Positions 23,001-34,771 of a stretch of DNA of 64,000 bases are shown in pieces. The notes beneath the pieces are model-generated. The model saw only the letters and a list, made by a program, of their open reading frames with translations. It did no database searches and was not told the DNA's origin. The stretch's first letter is position 1; every line of letters begins with the position of its first letter. Both the position numbers and the translations under genes were made by a program. The stretch lies in IMG/VR virus record IMGVR_UViG_3300028666_000022, positions 62,001-126,000 of that record. The stretch is one strand, 5' to 3'.

Positions 23001-23187
23001 AACAACTATAGTTTCTAACACCAGCTAGAAATCCAAACATACTATATGATCTCCAATCAAAAGGATTGTCACCCTTTTCTTTATTATAATACTTACGATT
23101 AAATTCATCTAATGAAAAATGTTCTTTAACTATTTCCCATTTATTATTTCTTCTTACTTCAGCAAAAGAATGAATATCACATCCCAT
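20036..23187 (-). CDS. Cluster of hypothetical phage proteins (incl. 20308..21084 and 22666..23187)
   Basis: Co-oriented ORFs below the promoter copy at 23218-23242. Confidence 0.6.
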
Positions 23188-23230
23188 ATTATTAATATTA
23201 TTAAGTTAAATATATTATACGTAATTAATT

Positions 23231-23926
23231 TTATTTTGTTACAACTAGTTTACATTTTATTAAAAATCTTAAAAAATTTAAATAAGCAAATAATCTTCTA
23301 AATCCTTTTAAATTTGATTTTATTTTGTAAGTGAAATACAATTCATAAATTAATTGAAAATAATTAGGTAATCTTGTTTGAATTAAATCCCATGCCATTG
23401 CATCAGCACCTTCTTCACTATTATCATTATTAAGTTTTATTGAGAAATGATGTCCTATTTCATGGAAAAATGTTCCATAATAATATTTAATATTATAAAA
23501 TCTATCTTCAATTGAACATAATAATATTTTGGGATAGTGAAGTTCTTCTTTTATTATATTACTTTCATAATTTGCTAATTTACAAATTTCTTCATATGTT
23601 TTATGGTATTTCTTTTCAAGATCATTTATTTGTTTCAATGTTTTATTTAATGAATTTAAATATTCGACATCTGTAACATAAATATATTTTCCCAATGCTT
23701 TATTATCTTCATTAGAAATATTAATATTTAATTCATCGTATGTTTTAATAAAAACAGAAATATTTTCTTTTTTACAAATATTTATTGCAGTTTTTTCTAA
23801 TACCTCGATTAATGAAGGATATTTTTTAAAATCAAATAACAATATAAATATATTAAATTGTATTATATATAAAAATATTAGAGAAATTAGTAACAAAACA
23901 AATAATGTAATCATTGTTAGTATCAT
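23231..23926 (-). CDS. Membrane-anchored HExxH metallopeptidase-like protein
   Basis: N-terminal hydrophobic helix; FFHEIGH...SEEGAD. Confidence 0.6.
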   Translation of the reverse strand: MILTMITLFVLLLISLIFLYIIQFNIFILLFDFKKYPSLIEVLEKTAINICKKENISVFIKTYDELNINISNEDNKALGKYIYVTDVEYLNSLNKTLKQINDLEKKYHKTYEEICKLANYESNIIKEELHYPKILLCSIEDRFYNIKYYYGTFFHEIGHHFSIKLNNDNSEEGADAMAWDLIQTRLPNYFQLIYELYFTYKIKSNLKGFRRLFAYLNFLRFLIKCKLVVTK

Positions 23927-23983
23927 AATTTTAATGTTAAATTGTTTATACTATCTGTAATATACGTAAATAGATTTATTTTG

Positions 23984-24505
23984 TTACAATTTTTTAATTA
24001 ACTTTTCTTTTAATTTCCATATTCGTAAACATCCTAATGTAGCAACTTTTAATTTTTCTTCAGTAGTTAATTTCCTACACTCTTTAATTCTACTTGCTTC
24101 TTTATCTATTCTAGCAAAACATCTACCATTTTCATATTTACTACATGTTATTATTCCAGCATCTTCTGGAATAAATTCAATACTTTTCTCTAATAGTTCA
24201 ATAGGTATTGCATAGTATAACTTGCTTATTCTATTTTGTTTATCTTTGTGGTTGTGTCGTTTTTTAAAATCTGCCTTAAGATCAGAAATACTTCTTTTAA
24301 TTTCTACTTCAATAGCGAAACCAGATTTCATAATTATAAAAAGATCGGTTTCATGCATTCCTACTAGTCCCCATGAAATATTTGGTACTATTATATGAGT
24401 TCTTATTCCAAACAGTTTAGAAATAGCTACCTCCATTTCAATTAATGAAATGGTTTTAGATTTAATGATATTTGATTTTCTTTTTATTCCCATTTCACTC
24501 ATCAA
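23984..24505 (-). CDS. PD-(D/E)XK nuclease-like protein
   Basis: ETDLF...EVEIKRSISDLKADFKK. Confidence 0.65.
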   Translation of the reverse strand: MMSEMGIKRKSNIIKSKTISLIEMEVAISKLFGIRTHIIVPNISWGLVGMHETDLFIIMKSGFAIEVEIKRSISDLKADFKKRHNHKDKQNRISKLYYAIPIELLEKSIEFIPEDAGIITCSKYENGRCFARIDKEASRIKECRKLTTEEKLKVATLGCLRIWKLKEKLIKKL

Positions 24506-25988
24506 TTTTTGAAGTTAATACAGTTGCTGAAATACTTGGTCTTGTTAAACTAACATATTTTAATTGATTACGTTCTTTAACTAACCAATTATCATTCATA
24601 TCAGTTTCTAATACCATTACATGTGAATATGTGCTTCCCTGTGCTTTATGTGCTGTTATACAATAACCATAATCTAAATCCTTAACAATAACATCACTAT
24701 TATCGCGATGCGTTCCGTTTCGATGTTTATTTATTGTTATCATAATTAAATTATTACGCCTAAATTCATAATATTGAGGCCATAATTTCTTATTTGATTT
24801 TCCAAGATCTCTATAATAGTCATGCTTTTCCGCATATTTATGTAAATTATCATGATCATTTGAATCTACAACAAATACATCTTCATAATTAAATAATCCT
24901 TGACCTAAACTTTCTTTTAATTTAACTCTAAATCCTTTAATATTATATTTATTTTCTTCAAGATTTGATTTATATATTACATTATAGTCTGCAGAATTTT
25001 CAATAATATTACGTCTATTATTATTTGTAGTAATTGACCTATATCCCATAATAATATCATCCTTTTCAATAACATCCACATTATCACCAATTAATGCGGT
25101 TCTAATTATTTTATTACTTTGCATGACAGTAATATTTTTCCATGCAATTACTTTAATAAAATCACTATCGGTTTTAAATTCATTTGATTTAAATTTTTCA
25201 ATTATTTTATTTCTAAATTCTTCTTTGTTTATAGTAAAAATAACTCCTTCCCCCAAATTATTAACATTTGTTTTTCTTTCGAATCCGCCATCAATAACAT
25301 TTAAATTATTTCTAAGTGCATCATAAATAAATGCTAATGGATTTGTATCATTTTGCCTCTCTACTTTAGTTAATTGATGAAATTCATTTGTTTCTTGATT
25401 AAACACAACACTCTCCTTTTCTCCAACAGGAGGTATTTGAGCAGGATCACCCATGAAAAGTACTTTGGTTCGATTATTTTTTATTTTACTTAGTGTTAGC
25501 TTAATTAAATCATATAATGATTGATTTATCATACTTGCTTCATCAATAACACATATATTATAATCAGAAATTCTAGGTATTGCTATTGGATTAAATTGAG
25601 GTCGATTCGGATCAAACTGATCTAAATCAAGATCTGGTCTTAAACCAAGAAGAGCATGAAGTGTTTCGGCTTGTTTACCAGTTGTATTTTTAATGACTTT
25701 TTTTGCTTTATGAGTTGGAGCACTAACAACAATTCCACCATGATATTCATCTAATATTTTTTTAATACACGTACTTTTACCAGTTCCAGCATATCCTGAA
25801 AGGGTAAAAAACGTTTTATCACTTTTTAGCCATGTACGAATTTTATTAATTCCATCATATTGTTCATCATTAAATGTAATTAATTTACCATTAGGTAATA
25901 ATAGTTGATTATCAGGTAATTTATTATCCATTTCAAATAAAGATATTGTTTTAATTCTAGTGATATTTAATTTACTTTTTATTGCCAT
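24495..25988 (-). CDS. Dda/RecD-like SF1B DNA helicase
   Basis: GYAGTGKS, APTHKA, IDEASM, GDPAQIPPV, YCITAHKAQGSTY, YVSLTR. Confidence 0.92.
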   Translation of the reverse strand: MAIKSKLNITRIKTISLFEMDNKLPDNQLLLPNGKLITFNDEQYDGINKIRTWLKSDKTFFTLSGYAGTGKSTCIKKILDEYHGGIVVSAPTHKAKKVIKNTTGKQAETLHALLGLRPDLDLDQFDPNRPQFNPIAIPRISDYNICVIDEASMINQSLYDLIKLTLSKIKNNRTKVLFMGDPAQIPPVGEKESVVFNQETNEFHQLTKVERQNDTNPLAFIYDALRNNLNVIDGGFERKTNVNNLGEGVIFTINKEEFRNKIIEKFKSNEFKTDSDFIKVIAWKNITVMQSNKIIRTALIGDNVDVIEKDDIIMGYRSITTNNNRRNIIENSADYNVIYKSNLEENKYNIKGFRVKLKESLGQGLFNYEDVFVVDSNDHDNLHKYAEKHDYYRDLGKSNKKLWPQYYEFRRNNLIMITINKHRNGTHRDNSDVIVKDLDYGYCITAHKAQGSTYSHVMVLETDMNDNWLVKERNQLKYVSLTRPSISATVLTSKIDE

Positions 25989-26314
25989 ATTTTAATTACC
26001 TTTTCTTTTTTTCTTGGGTTCTTTAATCTCTTTTAGTTCTTCTTTTTTTAATCTAAAAGATTTCCCTTCTTTACGTAATTTTTTCTTCAGGTCTTCTTTT
26101 AGTTCTAAACCAATTTCTTCTGCAGCAAATAATGCATTAACATAATGATTTAGATCTTTTTTATCATAAAAAGAACCATTTAGAAATGCAATTCCTCTGT
26201 AAATGTTTTCATGGGACTTGAAATATTCATTATTCCGTTTTAATTCTACTTCGACACGTAAAGTTTCGGTGTTATTATCTATAGAATATTCAAGAATGTA
26301 AATTGCTTTTAAAA

Positions 26315-26845
26315 TCATAAGTTATAATTTTCTTTTAAATCAATTAAACAATCTTCGAAAGATTTTAATATCTTTCCTCCAGATAGTTCAATCGATTCCT
26401 GTATCATTAAATTTACACAATTTCCTTCAAATGATTCAATTATTGGAAATTCAGATTGTTTTAAATCAGAACCTTCTGTAATATCAAAATAAAATTGTAT
26501 GATTTCATTCATTGTCATATTACAATACTCGCTATAACCATACATTAGCTTTTCTTTAGCAAAGCCCAAACCAATTTCAAAAGCAGTGCCATCATCTATG
26601 CAAACACCTCTAAATGGAACTAAATTAGCTATGATTATATCACAATTATTAATTTGTTTTATATTACCAAGAAAAATATGACAACTATGTTTCTTTGAAA
26701 GCAATTCACCATCAAAATTAACATCGTTGTCAAAAGGTGAAAGTCCTTCAAAACCATATTTATTACATAATGTTTTAAGCATTTCAAAATGTTTCAATGC
26801 ATTTGCACGAAACACATCGGGTCCAGCTAAATAGATTTTTTTCAT
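26315..26845 (-). CDS. Nucleoside 2-deoxyribosyltransferase family protein
   Basis: IYLAGPDVF, DDGTAFEIG, NLMI. Confidence 0.88.
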   Translation of the reverse strand: MKKIYLAGPDVFRANALKHFEMLKTLCNKYGFEGLSPFDNDVNFDGELLSKKHSCHIFLGNIKQINNCDIIIANLVPFRGVCIDDGTAFEIGLGFAKEKLMYGYSEYCNMTMNEIIQFYFDITEGSDLKQSEFPIIESFEGNCVNLMIQESIELSGGKILKSFEDCLIDLKENYNL

Positions 26846-28195
26846 ACTGCTAAATTATCATTAGATTCATCACTAGCTTTAATTACCCAAATAAAAAATA
26901 TACAAATTCCAGTTATCCACCATTGGTAATGATTTGTAAATCCACCAATAAATGTTACAATAACTACAACTAATAGTAGTGTAACTAATTTGTTTTTTAA
27001 AAACCATTTCATAATAATATGTTTTATATTAATACTATTCTTTATTTAACCAATGAACTACTGGCTCATGTCCTTCTTCAACACCAAATTCTTTTAAATA
27101 ATTATTATATGTTTGATCCCATTCATCGATGCTATACCACCATCCTTCAGGTAAAAACATTTTAGCTGCAGCATCTGCTTCTTCATGTGTTTGGAATACA
27201 AAGGTTTCTTCGCACATCAATACTGTAATTAAAAGTGGTTTAAAACCTGCTTGGATTATTTCTTTTAGAAGATCACTTTTTGGTGTGCCATAAGTATATT
27301 CTTCTTGTTCATTAATTGGAAAATTATTTTCCATAATACAACTCATCATTAAGTAGTTGAAAATTTCTCTCTGCTGTTTTTAATTTAAACATAAGATTAT
27401 TTATTTCATCTTCAAGCCTAGAATATTCATTTATTATAATTTTCTTAAATTCAGGATCTGTCGATTTAATCACCTTTGTTTCAAAATCACCATCTTCTTT
27501 CATCCATTTTGGTATTTCAAAATGAATTGCATCACCGATGTTTGATGAATAAGTAGCAGCAGAATTAGCCTGTTTATATGAATTATAACCACTATCTTTA
27601 ATTAGATATCTTATGGAATATTTCTGATATTTTTCTTGATTTGTCATAAAACTAATTTATTTAAAATAATAATAATACGAACAATAATTCATTTTGTTAC
27701 AAAATTGAATTTATATTTTCATGTCCATCGGTCTAAATTTAACTCTTCCAAACCAGCACAACATCTCATAGCATTTACTATCTCAAGCCATTCTGATTGT
27801 AAACCTTTACTAACCAATATTTCTTTTACAATTTTAAGATCATTTAATGATTTCTTAAAATTTATCTGATTTTCAACATTAAGCCAATCCACTCCTTTAG
27901 AAAAACAATAAATAGGTGTTTTTTCTGTCAGAGGTTCTCCACAAATTTCATCTTCATATAGAAGTTTTGCTGCATTTAATACTTTTTCTGAAGTCATAAT
28001 TAATTATTTTAAATATTATATAAACAATTTTTTTCTAACAAATTACAAATGTAAGCAAAAATAACCAAATTTACAAGTATTTATAAAAAAATATCTAAAT
28101 ACTTGCAAATTTCAAAAATTATTCAGATCTTTGCAAAAACATATCATATAAACGTATGATATTTCTCATAAAAATAACCTAATAAAAAAAATCTT

Positions 28196-28837
28196 ATGAA
28201 ATTAAAAAAATTAATAATTTATAAAATAATTATGCTTTGTATTACTTTTATTATATCTACTGATGTAATCAATAATGGTATAATAGCAAGTCCATTAACT
28301 AAAACGACAGGTAATAATAGCTTAAAACATACATATAATAATGTTATTACTCCTAGAATTATTTTAATGTATGAAAACATTTGGGGAACAATATATAATC
28401 CAGTAGCAAGTCAATGTGATGGTGATCCATCAAAAACTGGTGATGGTTCACGTATTAATATAAAAAAAGCAAGTAGACATCGTTGGATTGCAATAAGTCA
28501 AGATTTATTAAATGATACATATAGAAAAAATATAATTAATGATTCAACAGATAAACGTTTTGTTGGTAAGTTAAAGTATGGTGATACCATTTGGATTAGT
28601 AGTCCATATAAAAAAATTAATGGTTGGTGGGTTATTCATGATACGAAAAATTCTAGGTTTTCTAATAGTATTGATTTCCTTCAAACAGAAGGAGATTATA
28701 ATTTAATTAATGATTTTTATATAAAAAAAAATAAACGTAATCTATGGCCGGGTAAATGGAATAATATAAGAATTTATAAAATTAAAAACTTTGATTATGT
28801 TTCTTTTCAAAAAATATCTAATCGTATTTTATTATAA
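28196..28837 (+). CDS. Secreted 3D-domain (double-psi beta-barrel) cell-wall protein
   Basis: Signal-like N-terminus; YNPVASQCDGDP..TGDG, IAISQD, IHDT, IDF. Confidence 0.65.
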   Translation: MKLKKLIIYKIIMLCITFIISTDVINNGIIASPLTKTTGNNSLKHTYNNVITPRIILMYENIWGTIYNPVASQCDGDPSKTGDGSRINIKKASRHRWIAISQDLLNDTYRKNIINDSTDKRFVGKLKYGDTIWISSPYKKINGWWVIHDTKNSRFSNSIDFLQTEGDYNLINDFYIKKNKRNLWPGKWNNIRIYKIKNFDYVSFQKISNRILL

Positions 28838-29600
28838 AATAGATTATTATATTAATATTTAAAAATTTTCATATTTATTTTTATTTTAACATAATAAAAT
28901 GAAAAACTTTTCATAATATTACAAAATGAATTAACATGATTTCTTTAAAACTAAGAAAAATGGATGCTGAATGGATTTTCTTGTGCGGAATGGTGGGATT
29001 TATTGTACTCATCTTTGTTTGTTTAAATTTACAAATGAATGGGACTTTTTATAGATTAAATGAAAAGATAAAGAAATGGAAAAAGAAAAATTAACTAAAA
29101 ATAATATTCATGAATAATTTCAAAAATTTCTTTCACATTATTCCAATAATTTTTTATTATTTATTGGAATCTGCTTTCTTAGCATTAATCGTTAATATTA
29201 TTTGGAGACTAATGTTTCAAAGTAGATGTAATATTATATTATCCTATGGTGATTTTGTTGCAATCATATGGGTGATAAAAATGTTATTATTTGATGTATT
29301 TAAAATTAGCAACACTTTTGGAAATAATCAAGAAATAAATAAAGAAAACAATAATTAATCATGAGTAGATATAAAAAAGAAACGTCAAGACTGACACTTA
29401 AATACATTAATGCAGATACTGAAGAACTTCTTTTTGAGGTGAGAGACAAAAATCATCTTGATATAGGATCATTTTTAAGCGATGGGGTAGTATCACAATT
29501 GTTACAAAATGAACTTAAGGGTAAAATTTTACCTGAAAATGTTATGGTTTTGGTTGTTGGTGAATTTAAATTAGTAGAATAAAAAATTTAAATATATTTT

Positions 29601-29632
29601 AGTAAAGTATGAATTAATATTCATACTTTACT
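29601..29632 (+). terminator. Intrinsic terminator
   Basis: agtaaagtatgaat/attcatactttact followed by a T-run. Confidence 0.7.
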
Positions 29633-29870
29633 TTTTTATAACTAATTAAAATCTACTAAAATACGTTAGTTGTTTTTTGTTTAACTAACAAACATAATGT
29701 TTTATCACAATCAAACATTTAATTTACATAATTCCCACCCAGTTTTTATTATAATATGTTGATTTACAAATGATTATAAAATAAATTAGTAATCAAATTT
29801 TGCCATTGTCTTAATTTTCAGGTATTTATAGTTAAATAAGAAACATTATAAATAATAAAAAATTAAAACA

Positions 29871-31154
29871 ATGGCACAATTTATTAAAGTCGAATGGCAA
29901 GCAAGTCCATCACCAATTTCTGGGTATAACATATATCGTGGTAATTCTGATGGCAATGTATCTAATACACCCCTTAACAATTTTCCAATTTTAACGTCAT
30001 TTTATGAGGACTACACAATATTTCCCGGTCAAACATATTGTTATGTAGTTACTGCTGTGTTAAATGGAGTGGAAAGTACTAGTTCATTACAAATATTTAC
30101 TGAACCAATTGCATTTATTAACTCACCATCACCTTTAGCATTAAATGCTTTTGGAGGATTTGGGTTATTAGCTGCTTCTACAATCACTAATGTTCCGGGA
30201 ACAGAATCAAGTGTTACAGGTGATGTTGGTGTATATCCGGGTTCATCTATTACTGGATTTGAAAATGTAAGAGTTTCGGGTTCATTTCACTTAGCTGATT
30301 ATGTTGCTGGTTATGCACAAAATTCATTAACAAACGCATTTAATGTTGGTATGGGTATTACTGGTGCAACAACAATACCAGCAGAATTAGGTGGACTTAG
30401 ATTAACTCCGGGTGTTTATTCAAATGTCACTTCAGTTCAAATTACTGGTACGTTAGTATTAGATGGTCAAGGAAATCCTAATGCAGCTTGGGTTTTTCAA
30501 ATAGGTTCAACATTAACAACTGCAGCAGGAAATAGTCATGTAGTTCTAGTTGGTGGTGCTCAAGCCACAAACGTAACTTGGTTAGTTGGTTCTTCTGCAA
30601 CATTAGACGTTGATACATTTTTTGCTGGTAATATTATTGCATATGCATCAATAACTGTTAATACCAACGCTTGTGTTAATGGTAGATTAGGTGCAAGAAC
30701 AGGTGCAATTACATTGGATGATAATGCTGTTATTGTTTATGGTGCATGTCATGAGGCTTTACCAGCATCACCTCCAAATACACCTCCATCACCACCTTCT
30801 GCACCAACAGGTATTATTATTGTTGATAGAAATGCTGATGGTGTTAATAACAATGGACCAGTACTACCAATTGTATTTACATCTGAAATTACTGATATTA
30901 CATCTACTAGTGCTAATGGTGGTGGAAACGTAACATTTGATGGTTACACACCAATTGTTTCACGTGGTGTAGCATTTGCTACTTCACCAAGTCCAACTGT
31001 ATTAAGTACAAACAATGGTATTGGTGCAGGTATTTTCGGTAGTTCTATTACTGAATTATTGTCAGATACAAGATATTATGTGAGAGCATATGCGATAAAC
31101 TCTGTTGGAATTTCTTATGGAGATAATGTAAGTTTCGTAACATTGCCAGCATAA
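29871..31154 (+). CDS. DUF3494 ice-binding-like protein with N- and C-terminal FN3-like domains
   Basis: FGLLAASTITN, GDVG, LTPGVY, LDGQGNPNAAWVFQIGSTLTT, GGAQATNVTW; GYNIYR and YYVRAYAIN FN3-like motifs. Confidence 0.9.
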   Translation: MAQFIKVEWQASPSPISGYNIYRGNSDGNVSNTPLNNFPILTSFYEDYTIFPGQTYCYVVTAVLNGVESTSSLQIFTEPIAFINSPSPLALNAFGGFGLLAASTITNVPGTESSVTGDVGVYPGSSITGFENVRVSGSFHLADYVAGYAQNSLTNAFNVGMGITGATTIPAELGGLRLTPGVYSNVTSVQITGTLVLDGQGNPNAAWVFQIGSTLTTAAGNSHVVLVGGAQATNVTWLVGSSATLDVDTFFAGNIIAYASITVNTNACVNGRLGARTGAITLDDNAVIVYGACHEALPASPPNTPPSPPSAPTGIIIVDRNADGVNNNGPVLPIVFTSEITDITSTSANGGGNVTFDGYTPIVSRGVAFATSPSPTVLSTNNGIGAGIFGSSITELLSDTRYYVRAYAINSVGISYGDNVSFVTLPA

Positions 31155-31163
31155 TAAAATTTG

Positions 31164-31203
31164 AACCATCAAAACTAAATAATTAATAATAGTTTTGATG
31201 GTT
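31164..31203 (+). terminator. Inverted repeat, possible terminator
   Basis: aaccatcaaaacta / tagttttgatggtt. Confidence 0.6.
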
Positions 31204-31242
31204 TATATATAAAAATAAAATTAAATAAAAATAAATAAAATT

Positions 31243-32322
31243 ATGAGTTCAATATTTAGAAAATTAAAAATAGCAAATAATGCAACTGTCACAGCTACAT
31301 TATTTAATAAACTAATGGATGCATTTGACAATGGTGTAGATGGTGTTTTTTTCACAACTCCTATTCGTTATTCTACTAATTATGGTATAACATCTCATTC
31401 AAGTGGTGGTCAAACACTAGCAACAATATTAACATCAGAAATAAATAATGTAAGTCTTGTTAGAGCAAATGGTGATAGTGTAAAATTAGTATCAGCAAGA
31501 CCGGGTTATTCTATTACAGTAAAAAATAATGGTCAACATAATCTATTGGTTTATCCATATGAATTAGATTTTATTGATGATGGATTAGTAAATGTGCCAA
31601 TAACAATGTTACCTGAAGAAACGAGAGTATTTAGATCAATTAGTGATTCGCGTTGGGAAAGTATGTCTGATAAAATTCAAAATAGTATATCTACACCATC
31701 GGCATATAATTTACATTTTGCTTCAACATTTGCGGTTCTTACTAACGGTACAATTACAATTAGTAATCCAAAATTAATAATACCTGATGGGGATTCAGGT
31801 GAAACTACGTTAACACCATTAACAGGTATAAAATTTATAAATGGTTCTAACAAAGGATTAAGTACAAGTGCAGTAACTAGTGCAAATAATTTATATAATG
31901 AATTAGTTACTTTAAGTGGTCATACTTTCGGTGCAGTAAATTTAGAAACTGTAAATGTTGGTTATGGTACAGGGAGATTTGTACCCGGTGTTTATATTGG
32001 CTCAACAGGTATAGTAACATCTGCTTCACAAACAATTACATTGGTTGGTGATGGAGATTATGTATTCATAAGTCAAGGTGCAATGACATTTGGTGCAACA
32101 AACACAATTTTATTAACACATGGTGCTCAAGCAAATAGAGTATTTTGGGTATCTGTTGGTGCAATCACCACTGGTGCAGTAAATGTTGTTAAAGGAAACT
32201 TTATAACCACTGCAGCAATTAATATTGGTGCAACAAATGATATAGAAGGAAGACTTTTATCAACAATGACAGCAGCAATCACATTTGATGGTACAGCGAC
32301 TAACCTTTATTTATCAAAATAA
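31243..32322 (+). CDS. Second DUF3494 ice-binding-like protein with a tail-fibre-like N-terminus
   Basis: FAVLT, VPGVY, YVFIS, GAQANRVFW, KGNFI, EGRLLS. Confidence 0.8.
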   Translation: MSSIFRKLKIANNATVTATLFNKLMDAFDNGVDGVFFTTPIRYSTNYGITSHSSGGQTLATILTSEINNVSLVRANGDSVKLVSARPGYSITVKNNGQHNLLVYPYELDFIDDGLVNVPITMLPEETRVFRSISDSRWESMSDKIQNSISTPSAYNLHFASTFAVLTNGTITISNPKLIIPDGDSGETTLTPLTGIKFINGSNKGLSTSAVTSANNLYNELVTLSGHTFGAVNLETVNVGYGTGRFVPGVYIGSTGIVTSASQTITLVGDGDYVFISQGAMTFGATNTILLTHGAQANRVFWVSVGAITTGAVNVVKGNFITTAAINIGATNDIEGRLLSTMTAAITFDGTATNLYLSK

Positions 32323-32685
32323 CAATTTATTAATGTTTTTTATCATGTAATAATATGAAAAATAGTAAACCCTTAAAAATAAAAGACCAGAACGATATTA
32401 TACTCTGGTCTTTTATTACAAAACGTAAAAAATTAGAAATACTAAATGATTCAATAGAATTAATTCGAAAAATTGGTAAAAATAAACCTAAAGATTTGAA
32501 TTTAATAAAAAAAATAATAAATCTTCATAATGAATATAGATTTCCATTGGTTCAACTTATGGACACTACACAAAAAAGTATTGATATTGCATATCAATTT
32601 TTAGTTTTTTTAACTAAATGAAAATTAATCAATAGATATTTATAAGTAATTATTAATATCATATCTACTATAATAAACTACTAAA

Positions 32686-34125
32686 ATGAATGATATTATA
32701 ATTGATTATAAGAAACAACTTAACATTAGTCTATCTAGTAATATTACAACAAAAACATTATCGTGTGTTTGTACATGGACTACTATTGGCTCAACAGTAC
32801 TGACTATTTTTCGTACAACATTATCTAATGATATTCCAAAGGTAATTATACCAACTCCAATCATAAATAACGATAGACAATTAAATTATTTAAAAGTCAC
32901 TAATTATGATAGTGTTAGTGCAATGGTTTTAATTAACGTAGGTAATGTTGATACCATAGGTTATAATATGAATATTATTAGTGTTTTATTATCACCCAAT
33001 GAGATATTATCTTATAATATCAAAGATGGCTTTTATATTATAGATTATAGGGGTAAAATAAAAAATATTCAAAATACCATTGAGATAACTTCTATACCAA
33101 TAAATACTGGAACTACAACCAATTCTATATTAGATTATTATACTAAGCCACAAACAAATTCATTGTTACTTCAAAAATCTAATACAGGTCATACACATTC
33201 TCAATATTTAACAGGATTAACAATTAATTACTCACTAATTAATCTATCTGGTATTACACATGTATTAAGTGGATATACACGTGGTTGGGTTACTGGATTA
33301 GATGCGTTTGGTCGTTCACAACAAAATTTTCGAGGTCAAAATTCGATATTAACTCTTGGTGGTTGGCAAGCTGATGGTAGTTCAACAATTTCAAGTGAAG
33401 GTGCTGTTTTTTATGGAGTAAACGCTAAAGGTATTCTAAGTGATGCTGAAGGTGGTTATGCTAGAATTAAACCAAACCGTTTTGGATTGGGTAATATTAT
33501 TACGGGTATCGATGGTTCAAACTTATTTTATTATTTTAGAGTGGATGATATTGAATTATATTTAAAAGATAATAATAATATTAAAACCTTTGCTGTAGAT
33601 AGAGCCAGTGGTGTAGTATCAGCTAATATGTTTCGAGGTGATATTGATTGGAATTACGTTACAACAAAACCTGATTTTTTGAGTAGTTATGGTTCATTAT
33701 ATGAACATAATTCAACTGGAACTACAATTACTGTATCAAATACTGAAACCAAAGGATGGATAACAGCATCAAGTTCTAGCAATCATTTAACTACCTTAAC
33801 AAAAAATATTACTTCTGATAGAATATCTATTTTAAGCGGTGGTTCTGGTACATATCAGATAAATGTTAATATAAATAACAGTTATTCAAATAATACTCCA
33901 CTTTATTGGATGGGTATATATAAAAATAATAATTTAATAACACAATTACAAACTTATTTGAGTGCAACAAACACAAATGATAGGTATAATTCGAGTATTA
34001 ATTCAATTATTTCTAGTGTTTCAGTAGGTGATTTTTTTGACATAAGATTTAATAGTAATAATCCCACGCCAAGTAATATTATCATATATAATATATCATT
34101 TAATATGAATCGGATAGGTACTTAA
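32686..34125 (+). CDS. Putative structural or fibre protein
   Basis: Thr/Ser/Asn/Gly-rich and beta-rich; YYTKxQ and HTH fibre-like repeats; lies next to the DUF3494 genes. Confidence 0.45.
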   Translation: MNDIIIDYKKQLNISLSSNITTKTLSCVCTWTTIGSTVLTIFRTTLSNDIPKVIIPTPIINNDRQLNYLKVTNYDSVSAMVLINVGNVDTIGYNMNIISVLLSPNEILSYNIKDGFYIIDYRGKIKNIQNTIEITSIPINTGTTTNSILDYYTKPQTNSLLLQKSNTGHTHSQYLTGLTINYSLINLSGITHVLSGYTRGWVTGLDAFGRSQQNFRGQNSILTLGGWQADGSSTISSEGAVFYGVNAKGILSDAEGGYARIKPNRFGLGNIITGIDGSNLFYYFRVDDIELYLKDNNNIKTFAVDRASGVVSANMFRGDIDWNYVTTKPDFLSSYGSLYEHNSTGTTITVSNTETKGWITASSSSNHLTTLTKNITSDRISILSGGSGTYQINVNINNSYSNNTPLYWMGIYKNNNLITQLQTYLSATNTNDRYNSSINSIISSVSVGDFFDIRFNSNNPTPSNIIIYNISFNMNRIGT

Positions 34126-34167
34126 AAAATAATTTATGATATTTTTAGATAAAAAAATTTTCAATAT

Positions 34168-34707
34168 ATGATATTAGCAATAAGAAATATGAAAGGAACT
34201 GCATGTATTATGTATGTGAAAAATGTTTTTAAAAAATTACATTTACACTATATCTCGATTGAACTTGGTAAAATTGAAACTATTGAAGATTTAGACGATA
34301 AAACATTATATAAGTTAAATGCCCTTCTAAAAGAAGGTGAACTTGAAATAATAGATAATAAAGAAATAACTATAGTAAAACAAATAAAATTAATCATATT
34401 TAATTTGATACAAAATAATAGATCATTAAACAATACTATATCTGTTTTAATTAGTAAAAAACTAAATAAAAAATATAGATATTTATCCAAAATATTTACA
34501 ATACAATGCGGTATTAATATTAACGAATATATTAAACAAGTAAAAGTAGAGAAAATAAAAGAATATCTTAAAGAAGATAAGTTAAAGATTTCTGAAATTT
34601 CTACTAAAATGCATTTTAGTAGTTCATCACAATTATCACATATTTTTAAAAAAACAACAAATATAACCCCCACACAATTTAAGAAATTATATTTCAATAA
34701 AAAATAA
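34168..34707 (+). CDS. AraC-family transcriptional regulator
   Basis: YRYLSKIF...KISEISTKMHFSSSSQLSHIFKKTTNITPTQF. Confidence 0.88.
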   Translation: MILAIRNMKGTACIMYVKNVFKKLHLHYISIELGKIETIEDLDDKTLYKLNALLKEGELEIIDNKEITIVKQIKLIIFNLIQNNRSLNNTISVLISKKLNKKYRYLSKIFTIQCGININEYIKQVKVEKIKEYLKEDKLKISEISTKMHFSSSSQLSHIFKKTTNITPTQFKKLYFNKK

Positions 34708-34771
34708 ATTTCATTATTTTGTAACAAATTCAAATCTTTTGCGTAATATATCATAACTTAAAAATATTGTC

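Noticed and set aside
34248-34754. 168-aa minus-strand ORF and similar shadow ORFs (e.g. 10772, 11581, 18395, 43352, 50080, 53041)
   Set aside because: Antisense to well-supported genes; composition typical of AT-rich shadow frames
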